This document shows, piece by piece, positions 1-10,960 of a stretch of 64,000 nt of DNA (position 1 is its first letter; each line of letters starts with the position of its first letter). The translations under genes and the position numbers were made by a program. Source of the stretch: an uncultured Bacteroidales bacterium (GTDB taxonomy: Bacteria > Bacteroidota > Bacteroidia > Bacteroidales > Muribaculaceae); the NCBI GenBank assembly GCA_900544535.1, contig UQVH01000001.1, positions 682-64,681 of the forward strand. Direction: 5' to 3'. The notes under the pieces are model-generated. The model was not told the DNA's origin, did not search any database, and saw only the letters and a program-made list of their open reading frames with translations.

Positions 1-1263
<1,263 letters not shown>

Positions 1264-1286
1264 GAGAACCCTTATAATCCACATAC

Positions 1287-1318
1287 TGAAAAGGCAGCAC
1301 GGTCAAACACCGCGCTGC
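1287..1318. terminator. Putative bidirectional hairpin terminator between convergent typA (+) and the pilus operon (-)
   Basis: 8-bp stem AAGGCAGC...GCTGCCTT with a 15-nt loop, flanked by T-rich runs on both strands. Confidence 0.35.
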
Positions 1319-1350
1319 CTTCTGTTGTCATGTCCCGAGAAGGGATGGAA

Positions 1351-3198
1351 TCACTTGTCAGGCACAATCTGCCACTTGAACACGCCGTCGGAGATGGCCT
1401 GCCACTTGTAGCCGGTATAGGGCACGAGGGCGCCATGGTCCACGGTAGGCTCGTTGTCATTGCCCGTGACCTGCTTGCCTTGGTCCTCGAAATATCCGCC
1501 CTTGAGCTGCAAGGTGCCGTGGTTGTCCACATAATATACATCAACCTTGCCCTCGGACCAGAAATAGCCTCCGTTCACCACCGCGCTGCCATCGCTGTCA
1601 GCCACATAGAGGGCGTAGAAATTGTCGCTTGAAGAGTATGACGGATGCGTATGGAAATAGCCGCCGTTGATGGTAATGTTGCCGGCGTATGCGCCTACGG
1701 CACCCTGCACGCCTTCCACCTCACCGCCGTTGATTACGATGTTGCAGTCCGGAGTGATAGCGCGAAGCGCATAAGAGAAATTTTGACCTACCTCAGGATC
1801 GGAGGAGCTGTTGGTAGACTTGATCTTGCCACCGTTCATGTTGAATTCACCTTCTACCCAAACGCCGCAATTGGCTGCGGTGACGGTGCCTCCGTTCATG
1901 GTCACGGTTCCACCCGGATTGACAGTGATGGCCGAACCACGCGTCTTGGTGGCGGTCACGAAATTCATGTCCTCCACGGTGAGAGAACCGTTCACATCTA
2001 CAATACGGTTGTCGCCGGAGAGAGTGCCGCCACCTCCGAGCGTGAGGTGAGCGCCTTGGGTCACGACGAAATTGGCAGTGTTCACCTGGCGAGCCGTGGT
2101 GACGGTGGTACCGGAAGGTATGTTGATGACCAGGTCCTTGTCGATGGTCACAACGCCGGACTCCGTAACGTCCACGTCATTGGCGAAATTGATGGCGTCG
2201 CCCGGCTTTGCCTGGGCTATGGCATTCACCAGCTGGTCGGCGGACGCTACCGAGAAGACGTTAACGTTGTAGTCATCCTCCTCATACGCGGGTTTGATGA
2301 TTACCTGCAGGTTGGCCGGGCTGGTGAGCAGCGAGCCGTAGATGTTCGTGCGGTAGTTGCGCTGCACGGGCACGTTGCTCACCGGCAGCGTCTGCGCGTT
2401 GGCCACCGTGCCGTCGTAGAACGTGAAGGTCGCGTCTATGACATCCTTGGACGAGGAGGTCAGGATGTAGTCCATCGAGATCCAGGTGTAAGGATTGGAC
2501 TCCCCGGGGTTCGGGTTGTAGGGGAACGACTCGCCGGAGGTGAGCGTGGCCGCCGCGTTGGCGAAGGTCACCGTCTGCTCGTCGCCGACAGTGCCGTCCG
2601 AGAGGTTCAGGGTGCCGTAGGCCGTCGTGCTCAGGCTAACGCCAAGGCCGTTCGCATAGGCCTTCTTCACGGCGTCGGTGGTCATGTCGTCCGTGCCCAG
2701 GTTCACCTGCGCGAAGGGGCGGCGAAGCTCCACGGTCTCGTTGATGGGGCCCGTAACGTCGAACACGCGCGAGGCGAAGAACGCGTCGCGGCTCTCGTCG
2801 GAGTTCGTCAGGCCCGTGTAGTCGACCTTGATGCTCTTGCTCTCCGGCTTGAACTCGTAGAACGTGTTGCCCGGGGCGTCCGCCCAGAACAGAAGCTCGT
2901 AGCTCTTGCCGTTAACCAGCTTCAGGTCAACGGTGGCCGTCAGAGTCGTGGGGTCGAAGCTCACCTGGTCCTCGCTCAGGGTCACCAGCTCGTCAGTGGC
3001 CTTGTCGTAGACCGCGTAGGTAAGCGTCGAGGCCGTAGTGCCGTCGGAGATGGCGCGCGTGCGCATCTGCTCCGGCAGCTTCACTGTGAAATGCACGTTG
3101 CCGTCGCCGGTGATTCCCGGCTCGTCAATCTCGCTCGAACAGGAGGCCGCGCCGAGCATAAGGGCGGCGGCGCCTGTCATCAATAAAAATTTGTTCAT
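1351..3198 (-). CDS. Fimbrillin-family (Mfa/FimA-like, type V pilus) lipoprotein, paralog A; C-terminal beta-helix-like NGG repeat region
   Basis: Start set at MNKFLLMTGAAALMLGAASCSS (lipobox LGAASC). The upstream part of the six-frame ORF is Arg-rich read-through. An Arg site (PEQMRTR|A..DG) lies ~29 aa after the lipid Cys, as at the FimA Rgp-cleavage site. The N-terminal ~300 aa are shared with paralogs B and C. The C-terminus carries repetitive G/N/T-rich beta-strand repeats. Confidence 0.6.
   Translation of the reverse strand: MNKFLLMTGAAALMLGAASCSSEIDEPGITGDGNVHFTVKLPEQMRTRAISDGTTASTLTYAVYDKATDELVTLSEDQVSFDPTTLTATVDLKLVNGKSYELLFWADAPGNTFYEFKPESKSIKVDYTGLTNSDESRDAFFASRVFDVTGPINETVELRRPFAQVNLGTDDMTTDAVKKAYANGLGVSLSTTAYGTLNLSDGTVGDEQTVTFANAAATLTSGESFPYNPNPGESNPYTWISMDYILTSSSKDVIDATFTFYDGTVANAQTLPVSNVPVQRNYRTNIYGSLLTSPANLQVIIKPAYEEDDYNVNVFSVASADQLVNAIAQAKPGDAINFANDVDVTESGVVTIDKDLVINIPSGTTVTTARQVNTANFVVTQGAHLTLGGGGTLSGDNRIVDVNGSLTVEDMNFVTATKTRGSAITVNPGGTVTMNGGTVTAANCGVWVEGEFNMNGGKIKSTNSSSDPEVGQNFSYALRAITPDCNIVINGGEVEGVQGAVGAYAGNITINGGYFHTHPSYSSSDNFYALYVADSDGSAVVNGGYFWSEGKVDVYYVDNHGTLQLKGGYFEDQGKQVTGNDNEPTVDHGALVPYTGYKWQAISDGVFKWQIVPDK
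2673..3172. repeat. Direct repeat copy 1: ~500 bp identical to 7818-8317 (5' coding module of paralog A)
   Basis: Nucleotide strings such as ggcgtcggtggtcatgtcgtccgtgcccaggttcacctgcgcgaaggggcggcgaagctccacggtctcgttgatgg...gccgttaaccagcttcaggtcaacggtggccgtcagagtcgtggggtcgaagctcacctgg occur identically at both loci. Identity falls to ~85-90% just outside this block. Confidence 0.8.
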
Positions 3199-3224
3199 AT
3201 ATGTATGTATTTTAAAAAATGTTG

Positions 3225-5945
3225 TCAGAAAGGATTGGCGTAATTGCTGGAGGCGGCGGGAGTCACGCCGGTGAGTTCGAACCAATGCTCGGTTACGCCC
3301 ACCTTCTTGTTGCCGCTTACGTTTATCACGGGACGGGCTCCGGAGTCGGATCCCTTGAACAGGATGCCCCACGGCTCTGAGCCGTCAAAGGCCACCATGT
3401 TTTGTGTATTGACAGTGTTGCCGGTCACCGTGAAAGTGTTGTCGGCGCTGAAGCCTACCACGCGTATGCCGTTCTCACCGGCAGAGATCATGTTGCCCGA
3501 CACGGTGACATCGGCATTGTAGTTCTGGACCTTGACACCGTCCTTCTTGGGGTTCACGATTGTGTTGCCGTTGATAAGGGTAGTGGCCGCTGCGTTGGCC
3601 GGAACCGCTCCGCTGGTGGCGGACATGACGAATACACCATGGTACGGGGCGTTGACTATGGTGTTGCCGGTCACAGTGAGCGGGCCGGAGAAGCCGAGCA
3701 GGTACAGGCCGTTGGCCGAGGTGACGGCCGATGGGGAGAAGGAGACGGTGTTGTCCTTGATGGTGACGTTGCCGTGGGCTCCTCCCGCCTGGAAGCTGAC
3801 AGCTGGCTCAATGAGGTTCGTCATGTTGCAGCCCTCGATTACCATGTTCTCGACTACTGTGCCGTTGGAATGGGCCATGTAGACGCCCTTGGTGTCGAGA
3901 TGGACTCCGGACAGGGTCACGTTGGTCATTTCCTTGGGCTGGTTGCCGATCTCAGTCACACGGAAGCCCACAAGCGGTTGGGAGGAAGTAGGCGTGCCCT
4001 TTATGGTAAGGTTGCGCACTGACTGGGTGGGATCCGCCACCCTGAATTGGGGGAAGGCCACGCCGTCGGCCACCTCTATGGTTATGGCCGTGGGGTTGGC
4101 CAGGGTGGTGCCTATGTTCATGGTGGTCACGGGGGCCATCAGCAGCAGGTTCAGGGGCTTGGCGGGGTTCAGGTCAGTAAGGTCCACGAGGTCCGTGGCC
4201 TCGGATATGGTGACGTTGCCGCCCGCCGCAAGCTGCGCGGCCAAGCCGCCGGCACGGTTGGCGTAGGTTATGGTCACGTTAGTGAAGGTATTGCCGGAAC
4301 CGGTGTTGCTGCCGTAGCCAAAGATCTCTCCGATATGTCCCTCTACCTTGCTGTCGTTCTCGGGCTTGTAGCCGTTCTCAAAGTCCTGAATGAGTGTCAC
4401 ATCCTCCACTGTACAGCCTGAGATGGGACCGCCATTGTTGCAATAACCGGCCACGCCGCCAATGTCGCGGTAGCCCTTGACGGTGGTGTTGCGCACCACG
4501 CAATCGGACACCTTGTCGCCACCGTCCATGTAGCCTACGATGCCGCCGACCTTGTCGCCGTTGTCATACTCTCCGTTGAACATCTCAGGGACGCTGACTA
4601 TGGTGAAGTCCTCTACGGTGCAGCCGGAGATTTCCATACCCACGTTTGAGGAGCTGTAGCCGCAAATGGCGCCTGCGTAATGGGTGGAGTTCACCTTGCC
4701 GCCCACCAGGTTGAGGTTCTTGACTTTGCCGGTGAGGGAGCCGAACAGACCGGCCGTGGCATAGGTGGTGCCGGAAGCGTTCGCGTTCAGGTTGTAGATG
4801 GTGTGGCCGTTGCCGTCGAATGTGCCGGAGAAAGTGATAGACGGGTACGACGCAACGTTGCCCGCCGGGGTCCAGGGCTTGCCGGCCAGGTCTATGTCGG
4901 AGGTGAGGGTCACGGTATAGCCGCTGTAGTGCGTGCCGCCGTTCACGGCCTGGGCGAAGCCGGCGAGCTGCGAGGCAGAGCTTACGGTGACTGTCTTGGC
5001 AGCGTCGTCGACCACGGGAGCCTCAGCCGAACCGTCCCATACGCTCAGGCCAGTGCCGCCGCCGAACTCGGAATCGATGGATATGTTCCAGTTTGTGGTG
5101 GAGCTGAGGAGCTGGCCGTAGAGGTTGGTGCGGAAATTGCGCTTCAGGGGCGCGTTGGGCACCTTCACCGTGTGCGCCGGGGTCTGCGAGGCCCCAGAGG
5201 TGTATGAGTTGATGGTCAGGTCAGACACCGAACCCTCGTCGCCCACAAGCATATAGGCCATGGAGAGGTAGCGGTACCCCCCTGCCACAGGGAAGGTCTC
5301 CTGCGCCGAGGCGGGGAGAGTGGCGGGAAGAGTCACCTGCACGGGATTGGCCGCGGAGCCGTCGGTGAGGTCGAGAGTGGTGCACGCCTCGGCGGTCACG
5401 GACGTGTAGACACCTTCCTGATAGGTGGTGGCCACGCTCGCGTTGTTGAGGTCCGAGGTGCCTATGTTGAGCTGGGCGCAGGGGCGGCTCAGCGTCACCG
5501 AGCGGGTGAGGGCTCCGTCAACCTTCACGCCGTTCTCTATGTAGAAGAATGCGTCGCCGTTGTCATTGTTACCGTTCATGCCGGCATAGTTCACGGTCAC
5601 GAGCCTTCCCTCGGCGCTGAAGGTGTACGGACTGTTGTCCGCCTCGGCCCAGAACACGAAGTCGTAAGTGCCGCCGCTGGCCAGGTCTATGTTCACGTTT
5701 GCCGCCTTGTCCGATAAGGTGGCGGAACCCTGGCTCACGAGCGCGCCATTCTGATAGACCGCATATTTCAGGTTCTTGGCCGTGGTGCCGTCGGCGAAGG
5801 CGCGTGTGCGCATACCCTCGGGCAGCTGCACGCTGAAATGCACGTTGCCGTCGCCGGAGACACCGGGCTGGTCAAGGTCGCTCGAGCAGGAGACCGCGCT
5901 TAGCATAAAGAGGGACACTCCTCCTAAGGTCAGTAATTTGTTCAT
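3225..5945 (-). CDS. Fimbrillin-family/tip-adhesin-like lipoprotein, paralog B, with GLUG-motif repeats and a C-terminal parallel beta-helix-like region
   Basis: MNKLLTLGGVSLFMLSAVSCSS lipoprotein signal. N-terminal domain ~50% identical to paralogs A/C (GDGNVHFSVQLPEGMRTRAFADGTTA...). Central GG(I/V)(V/A)GY repeats (GLUG-like). C-terminal NTIVN/TVSGN/TVTGNTV beta-helix repeats. Confidence 0.6.
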   Translation of the reverse strand: MNKLLTLGGVSLFMLSAVSCSSDLDQPGVSGDGNVHFSVQLPEGMRTRAFADGTTAKNLKYAVYQNGALVSQGSATLSDKAANVNIDLASGGTYDFVFWAEADNSPYTFSAEGRLVTVNYAGMNGNNDNGDAFFYIENGVKVDGALTRSVTLSRPCAQLNIGTSDLNNASVATTYQEGVYTSVTAEACTTLDLTDGSAANPVQVTLPATLPASAQETFPVAGGYRYLSMAYMLVGDEGSVSDLTINSYTSGASQTPAHTVKVPNAPLKRNFRTNLYGQLLSSTTNWNISIDSEFGGGTGLSVWDGSAEAPVVDDAAKTVTVSSASQLAGFAQAVNGGTHYSGYTVTLTSDIDLAGKPWTPAGNVASYPSITFSGTFDGNGHTIYNLNANASGTTYATAGLFGSLTGKVKNLNLVGGKVNSTHYAGAICGYSSSNVGMEISGCTVEDFTIVSVPEMFNGEYDNGDKVGGIVGYMDGGDKVSDCVVRNTTVKGYRDIGGVAGYCNNGGPISGCTVEDVTLIQDFENGYKPENDSKVEGHIGEIFGYGSNTGSGNTFTNVTITYANRAGGLAAQLAAGGNVTISEATDLVDLTDLNPAKPLNLLLMAPVTTMNIGTTLANPTAITIEVADGVAFPQFRVADPTQSVRNLTIKGTPTSSQPLVGFRVTEIGNQPKEMTNVTLSGVHLDTKGVYMAHSNGTVVENMVIEGCNMTNLIEPAVSFQAGGAHGNVTIKDNTVSFSPSAVTSANGLYLLGFSGPLTVTGNTIVNAPYHGVFVMSATSGAVPANAAATTLINGNTIVNPKKDGVKVQNYNADVTVSGNMISAGENGIRVVGFSADNTFTVTGNTVNTQNMVAFDGSEPWGILFKGSDSGARPVINVSGNKKVGVTEHWFELTGVTPAASSNYANPF

Positions 5946-6037
5946 GTCGGTAACGATTGGTTTAATATGTGATACTTGTTTGATTGGTGATGGAGCGGGT
6001 TGTCACGCCCGCCCCACCTGAGGGTACGTTTATATTG

Positions 6038-8341
6038 TTATTTCGTCCAGACACCGTTGCGGAAAGTCCACCTTCCTGTCTGACCCGGGAACTCGCTCCA
6101 GCTCGCTCCCTCGGCTATGGTGATAGTCACTCCGCTGGCCGTCTGCTTGTCGGGAGCGCCTATCAGCTCGCCACCTGCCACCGTGAGGTTGGAAATGGCG
6201 GTGGCTCCCTGGTTGCCCATGGTGCCTACGGACACCAGGCCGTCAGCGTAACCGTCGCCTGCGGGAATGGTTATCGTGGCCATCTTGGGGTCGTTGCCTG
6301 TGGTGACGTTGCCCACCTGGCGACCGGCGTATGTGGCCGTTATGGCAGCGGAGCCGCCGTGGCAGTTCACGAGAGTGGCTGTGGCCATGCGGCCTATCAC
6401 GCCGCCCGCCACGGAATTGCTTGCGGTGGCGGTCACGGCTGCGGTATTGTCGCAATCACTGACCGTTCCGGAACCGAGCGCTGCGGAGATACCGCCGGCT
6501 ATCATGACTCCGGTCACGGCCCCGCTGTTGGTGCAATAGCTGATGTCGGTCTGCTGGTACTGGCCGAGCGCGCCGAAGATGCCGCCAGCGTTCTGGCCCT
6601 TGACCGCGCCGCTGTTGGAGCAATGGCCTATGGAAAGCACCTCCTGTGACTGGTGGTAGCCCACTATGCCGCCTGCATAACGCTCGTTGCCGGTACCTAC
6701 GTTGCCCTGGTTGTCGCAATTCGTGACGGAGCCGCCCTTGCCTACATAGCCCAGGATGCCGCCTATGCCGTCCATGCCTCCGGTGAGGTCGCCGGTGTTG
6801 GTGCAGCCGCTTATCTCAGCACCGCCTATGCTGGTGATGCCGGCGATGCTGCCCACCTTCTTGGCTCCGGACACCGCGCCGCTGTTGGTGCAGCCGCTCA
6901 CCTTGTCGGACTGGCCGTACAGACGGCCCACTATGCCGCCGGCGGCCTGCCCGGCGTTGATGGCCACGCCGTTGTTGATGCAGTTCTCGATGGTGCCGCC
7001 CGCCAGGGTAACGCCCACGATGGCTCCGGCATAGTCCTCGGAGGAGACGCTGCCGCCCACTATCTCAACATTCTTCACCGTGCCGCCGCGCACCACGCTG
7101 AACAGGCCTGCTCCGTAGTTGTCGCCGGTGGCCGTCACGTTCAGGTTCATGATCTGATGGCCGGCGCCGTCGAAAGTGCCGGAGAAACCGCCGGTGGAGC
7201 TTGAACGTGCTATGTCGCCTATCGGAGTCCAAGGATGGCCGGCCAGGTCAAGGTCGTCTGCCAGAGTCACCGTATATCCGTCAAACGTGTTGCCGCCGTT
7301 CACCAGCTTGGCAAGGCCGGCGAGCTGCGAGGGAAGGTTCACGGTCACCGTCTTGGCCACATCGTCTATGACGGGGGAGGTGGCCGTAACGCCGTCCCAT
7401 ATCTCCATGAGGTAGTCGTCCTCCTCATATCCGGGAACGATGACTATCTGCAGGTTCGCCGGGCTGGTGAGCAGGGAGCCGTAGATGTTCGTGCGGTAGT
7501 TGCGCTGTACCGGCACGTTGCTCACAGGCAGCGTCTGAGTGTTGGCCACAGTGCCGTTCCAGAAAGTGAACTCAGTGTCGATAACCTGTTTTTCAGACGA
7601 AGTCAGGATGTAATCCATGGAAATCCAAGTGTATGGATTGTTCTGGGAGGGATTCGGGTTGTAGGGGAATGTCTCGCCGGAGGTGAGGGTGGCGAGAGCG
7701 TTGGCGAAGATCACCGTCTGCTCATCGTCGACCGTGCCGTCCGAGAGGTTCAGCGTACCGTAGGCTGTGGTGCTAAGGCTAACGCCCATCCCTGCCGCAT
7801 ATGCCTTCTGCACGGCGTCGGTGGTCATGTCGTCCGTGCCCAGGTTCACCTGCGCGAAGGGGCGGCGAAGCTCCACGGTCTCGTTGATGGGGCCCGTAAC
7901 GTCGAACACGCGCGAGGCGAAGAACGCGTCGCGGCTCTCGTCGGAGTTCGTCAGGCCCGTGTAGTCGACCTTGATGCTCTTGCTCTCCGGCTTGAACTCG
8001 TAGAACGTGTTGCCCGGGGCGTCCGCCCAGAACAGAAGCTCGTAGCTCTTGCCGTTAACCAGCTTCAGGTCAACGGTGGCCGTCAGAGTCGTGGGGTCGA
8101 AGCTCACCTGGTCCTCGCTCAGGGTCACCAGCTCGTCAGTGGCCTTGTCGTAGACCGCGTAGGTAAGCGTCGAGGCCGTAGTGCCGTCGGAGATGGCGCG
8201 CGTGCGCATCTGCTCCGGCAGCTTCACTGTGAAATGCACGTTGCCGTCGCCGGTGATTCCCGGCTCGTCAATCTCGCTCGAACAGGAGGCTGCGCCGAGC
8301 ATAAGGGCGGCAGCGCCTGTGCATAGGAGGATTTTCTTCAT
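6038..8341 (-). CDS. Fimbrillin-family/tip-adhesin-like lipoprotein, paralog C, with GLUG-motif repeats
   Basis: MKKILLCTGAAALMLGAASCSS lipoprotein signal. First ~300 aa nearly identical to paralog A. C-terminal part is rich in AGGIVG/GGILGY/AGGISAA GLUG-type repeats and CxNxG turns. Confidence 0.6.
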   Translation of the reverse strand: MKKILLCTGAAALMLGAASCSSEIDEPGITGDGNVHFTVKLPEQMRTRAISDGTTASTLTYAVYDKATDELVTLSEDQVSFDPTTLTATVDLKLVNGKSYELLFWADAPGNTFYEFKPESKSIKVDYTGLTNSDESRDAFFASRVFDVTGPINETVELRRPFAQVNLGTDDMTTDAVQKAYAAGMGVSLSTTAYGTLNLSDGTVDDEQTVIFANALATLTSGETFPYNPNPSQNNPYTWISMDYILTSSEKQVIDTEFTFWNGTVANTQTLPVSNVPVQRNYRTNIYGSLLTSPANLQIVIVPGYEEDDYLMEIWDGVTATSPVIDDVAKTVTVNLPSQLAGLAKLVNGGNTFDGYTVTLADDLDLAGHPWTPIGDIARSSSTGGFSGTFDGAGHQIMNLNVTATGDNYGAGLFSVVRGGTVKNVEIVGGSVSSEDYAGAIVGVTLAGGTIENCINNGVAINAGQAAGGIVGRLYGQSDKVSGCTNSGAVSGAKKVGSIAGITSIGGAEISGCTNTGDLTGGMDGIGGILGYVGKGGSVTNCDNQGNVGTGNERYAGGIVGYHQSQEVLSIGHCSNSGAVKGQNAGGIFGALGQYQQTDISYCTNSGAVTGVMIAGGISAALGSGTVSDCDNTAAVTATASNSVAGGVIGRMATATLVNCHGGSAAITATYAGRQVGNVTTGNDPKMATITIPAGDGYADGLVSVGTMGNQGATAISNLTVAGGELIGAPDKQTASGVTITIAEGASWSEFPGQTGRWTFRNGVWTK
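7818..8317. repeat. Direct repeat copy 2: ~500 bp identical to 2673-3172 (5' coding module of paralog C)
   Basis: See copy 1. The overlapping antisense ORFs at 3038..3274 and 8181..8387 translate identically, which confirms nucleotide identity. Confidence 0.8.
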
Positions 8342-8379
8342 AGGTAAAGATGTGTTGGTAAATAATATAGATATGAATT

Positions 8380-9405
8380 TTACTTAATCTCGATATTGAA
8401 ATCACCGTCAAAACCCGGATTGATGCCGATACCTCCGTGCGCCTGCGAGGTGAGAAACTCACCCCTGACTATGGTGGCGCGGCCTCGCTCCACGGGGATG
8501 GTGAGCGAGGGAACCGACGATACAAGCTTGCCCTCAGGATCGTAGATGTCTATGGCCACGTTCACACTCGACTCGGCTCCGTTGATGAAGAAATAGTCGA
8601 AGCCCACGAGCACCTCGTCGTTGTTGATAATCTGCATGGCACCGGAAAACGATACGCCGGTGGCGGAGTCTATGGGACGGTTGCGGAATATGCTGTACTC
8701 CACCGGGAGGAACACCGGATAACGCAACACAGCCTTGTAACTGTTGAAATCGATGGCAGGCGCCTGCGACACGTCTGAACTCTCGGTGCTTTTGCGGCGC
8801 GTCTCCTGCTCTATGAACTCGGCCAAATCTGTGGATAGGAAAGCGTATGCGGTGAGCGGTCTCTTGAGCGTGACGTCGAACTCCACGTCCACCAACTCGT
8901 CCACCGACGAGGGCACCGAGGCATGGAACATCCCCTGAAAAGCGTCCTTCAGCTCGCTGTCCCCACGGTACGGGGTCAGCAGCTTTATGGAGGAGAAGAT
9001 GTCCGCGTCGTAGAACAGGCTGCGCTCCGTGGAGGAGTCTATGAAGTCGCTCCATACGTACACGTCATATTCCCCGGCCGGCAGATCGATGCGTGTGGTG
9101 AAGTCCGCCAGAGTGACATCGCTCCTCACCTCTGTGTAGCGTGCCACCGGGACCTCGGTGGTGCCTGCGGGGTACACCTCGTATATGTAGCGTACCGCGA
9201 CGCCGTTCCACACGGAAGGAGCCTCCGCACCAGAACCGTCGCGCGTGTTGTAATAGAAATCGAAGAGTCGCCAGGGCAGCTCGTGGCGCACCACAAGGCG
9301 CGCGCCGCGCATGGCGGGAGGCTCAGGCCACTCATGCACGCATGAGGAAAAGCCGAGCGCCAGCAATACGGCAAGGCATACCATAGTCACAATACGGCGC
9401 ATCAT
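8380..9405 (-). CDS. Lipoprotein, putative FimB/Mfa2-like pilus anchor/accessory subunit
   Basis: Lipobox LGFSSC. About 340 aa. Sits between the DUF3575 gene and the fimbrillin paralogs, as in Bacteroidales Mfa-type operons. ATGA start/stop overlap with the upstream gene at 9402-9405. Confidence 0.4.
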   Translation of the reverse strand: MMRRIVTMVCLAVLLALGFSSCVHEWPEPPAMRGARLVVRHELPWRLFDFYYNTRDGSGAEAPSVWNGVAVRYIYEVYPAGTTEVPVARYTEVRSDVTLADFTTRIDLPAGEYDVYVWSDFIDSSTERSLFYDADIFSSIKLLTPYRGDSELKDAFQGMFHASVPSSVDELVDVEFDVTLKRPLTAYAFLSTDLAEFIEQETRRKSTESSDVSQAPAIDFNSYKAVLRYPVFLPVEYSIFRNRPIDSATGVSFSGAMQIINNDEVLVGFDYFFINGAESSVNVAIDIYDPEGKLVSSVPSLTIPVERGRATIVRGEFLTSQAHGGIGINPGFDGDFNIEIK

Positions 9406-10646
9406 CTCTCACCTCCTTTCTTCTTGCCAAGGTCAAAGAGGTAACTGATGGTGAACGTGGCCTGGTCTATCCCGTAGAAGGTGCGCTGCCTGCGCCCCAC
9501 CAGCAGCCCGTCGGCATGGTTCTGGAACAGGTCGTAGTCCAGCTTGTAGACCCCGAAACCGAGCGAGGCCTCCATCTGCCAGCGGCGGTTGCGGCAGAAA
9601 TGGAAGCGGTAGCCCGCCGCCAAGCCGCCGCCCACGGCAGGGGTGCGCTTCAAGTGGTCCTGGTAACGGTACTCGCCTCCGAAGGCCACGTTGTACCACC
9701 CAAGCCCGAAATGCGCACCGGCGAAGAAACCGGCGTTGTCCTTGCGAGGCCACCACCGGAACTCCGGCTGGAACGCCAGGGTGCGGAACTTGGTGTGGCC
9801 CGTGAAATAATTGAGGCCTGAGTAATAGACAGGCAACGTGAAACTCCAATGAGGGGCCAAGTCCACCTCGACCGCTATGTTGGACCACAGCATGGCCCAC
9901 GCCGGTATGTTGGTCTTGAGATACAGGTGTCGCACCCATCCGGTATCGGAGGTGCCTGGCACTACATCCGCACTCGGAGCCTCCGCTTCCGGCTCGGGAT
10001 TGTCCGTCACCACGGTGCGCGGTTCCTCACCCGGCGACATCGTGGTAGAGAACACCTGGTCCGCCACCAGGTCCACCACGGCAGACCGCTGCAGCGGCAG
10101 CACCTTGTCAGCAAGCCATTTCCACGCCTCGCCGCCGTTTATGCCGCGCAGGGTGGCCTGTATCTCGTCGTGCGTGCCGCCTCGGCGTATGGTCTGAAGC
10201 ACCGGGGCGCGATAGGGAGACACGAGATTGTCGGCGAGTATGAGGGAGTCCACATCCTGCCAGGTGCAGACACGCCATGAGGTGCTCATGAGCCGGGACG
10301 GTACAGCGGTATGGGATTCGAGCCATGAGGCTATCGCATGGGCACGCGCGTCGGCCAGCTCGGCATTGAGCCTCGAGGGGCCCTCTGCGGAAGCATAGGC
10401 CCTGACCTTGACCTTGCGCAGTTCGGACAGGGACATGAGCGAGTCAGCCCTTGCGCCTATCTGGCGCAAGGCCGGTGCCAAAGGGGCTATTCCTGACTCG
10501 CCACATTCGAAATGGGGAGTCGGAACGGTGATGAGCTGCACGGAATCGGCTCTCTGCGGCGACGCCACAGACGGCATGCCGCACGCCAATGCCAACAGCA
10601 TGATACAAAGATGTTTCACAGTCCTGTATGGGTATGACGAGAACAC
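9402..10646 (-). CDS. DUF3575-family outer-membrane protein; first gene of the pilus operon
   Basis: The C-terminal half (LKTNIPAWAMLWSNIAVEVDLAPHWSFTLPVYYSGLNYF...LAFQPEFRWW...GAHFGLGWYNV) matches the DUF3575 beta-barrel-like signature that typically precedes Mfa-like fimbrial genes. N-terminal signal sequence present. Confidence 0.5.
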   Translation of the reverse strand: MFSSYPYRTVKHLCIMLLALACGMPSVASPQRADSVQLITVPTPHFECGESGIAPLAPALRQIGARADSLMSLSELRKVKVRAYASAEGPSRLNAELADARAHAIASWLESHTAVPSRLMSTSWRVCTWQDVDSLILADNLVSPYRAPVLQTIRRGGTHDEIQATLRGINGGEAWKWLADKVLPLQRSAVVDLVADQVFSTTMSPGEEPRTVVTDNPEPEAEAPSADVVPGTSDTGWVRHLYLKTNIPAWAMLWSNIAVEVDLAPHWSFTLPVYYSGLNYFTGHTKFRTLAFQPEFRWWPRKDNAGFFAGAHFGLGWYNVAFGGEYRYQDHLKRTPAVGGGLAAGYRFHFCRNRRWQMEASLGFGVYKLDYDLFQNHADGLLVGRRQRTFYGIDQATFTISYLFDLGKKKGGER

Positions 10647-10960
10647 GGCAACCCCGATAAGGGGCGGTGTTCTTATTTTTTAATAAGTTACGGTAAACTG
10701 TCCAGACACGTGGACTTTCACGGTAGACGACATCCTGCTCTGAGGACTTGTCGGAAGAGGTGGTCGACACGACGGCTGTCGGCGTTGATGATTTATGTCT
10801 GTCAGAAGCCAAGACAATAGGCATGAGTTCACGGTATGAAATCAGGCGCGAGGAGAGACTTCCTTCAGGTTTGATACATAAAAATTTCAAGCCGGAGGCC
10901 GCAGTGCCAATAAACGGCCTCCACTACAATGTTTTTAAGTGCATTACAGTTCAGTTGCGG

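Noticed and set aside
1645-3186. 513-aa plus-strand ORF antisense to fimbrillin paralog A (similar long antisense ORFs at 7235..8326, 3402..4022, 4680..5207, 5984..6649, 6653..7204)
   Set aside because: High GC gives long stop-free antisense frames. The products are Gly/Arg/Val-rich low-complexity, lack signals, and overlap well-supported genes.
8534-9055. 173-aa minus-strand ORF (His/Arg-rich) overlapping the Mfa2-like gene
   Set aside because: Alternative frame of the same strand region. Low-complexity basic product typical of frame-shifted GC-rich sequence.
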